This document shows, piece after piece, positions 25,455-25,455 of a stretch of DNA of 25,455 nt. The notes under the pieces are model-generated. The model made no database searches, was not told the origin of the DNA, and worked only from the letters and a program-made list of their open reading frames with translations. Source of the DNA: a candidate division WOR-3 bacterium. Its GTDB lineage: Bacteria; Hydrothermota; Hydrothermia; LBFQ01. Made by a program: the position numbers and the translations under genes. The DNA is taken from assembly GCA_027050205.1 (NCBI GenBank), contig JALUCS010000125.1, positions 1 through 25,455 of the forward strand, given 5' to 3'. Position 1 is the first letter of the stretch, and every line of letters begins with the position of its first letter.

Positions 25455-25455
25455 G

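Overview
GC-rich, gene-dense bacterial chromosome segment with about 24 CDS. Frequent AGG/ATA codons, lipoproteins, beta-barrel proteins, a PorV-like protein and two proteins with T9SS-type C-terminal sorting domains suggest a thermophilic diderm of FCB affinity, possibly WOR-3-like (inference only). Recognisable genes: orphan nuoE-like, M16 peptidase, CPA1 antiporter, Cyc2-like cytochrome-porin, ispA, DegT aminotransferase, prfB with its +1 frameshift, SCO, riboflavin synthase, glycerate 2-kinase, a glucosylglycerate-synthase-like GT2, an RNase III-like domain in frame with PfpI/DJ-1, a PRMT-like methyltransferase and uvrA. Main signals: (1) a TAnAAT -10 box sits 6-11 nt before 14 start codons, implying a leaderless, gene-by-gene architecture; (2) such boxes overlap stop codons, and one TAG/TAA-to-TAT change appears to have fused RNase III to PfpI; (3) presumed secreted proteins have N-terminal signals of only about 7 residues; (4) a 1.4 kb AT-rich non-coding island holds a candidate structured RNA, palindromes and recurring motifs. 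All family calls come from motif recognition by eye; no searches were run.
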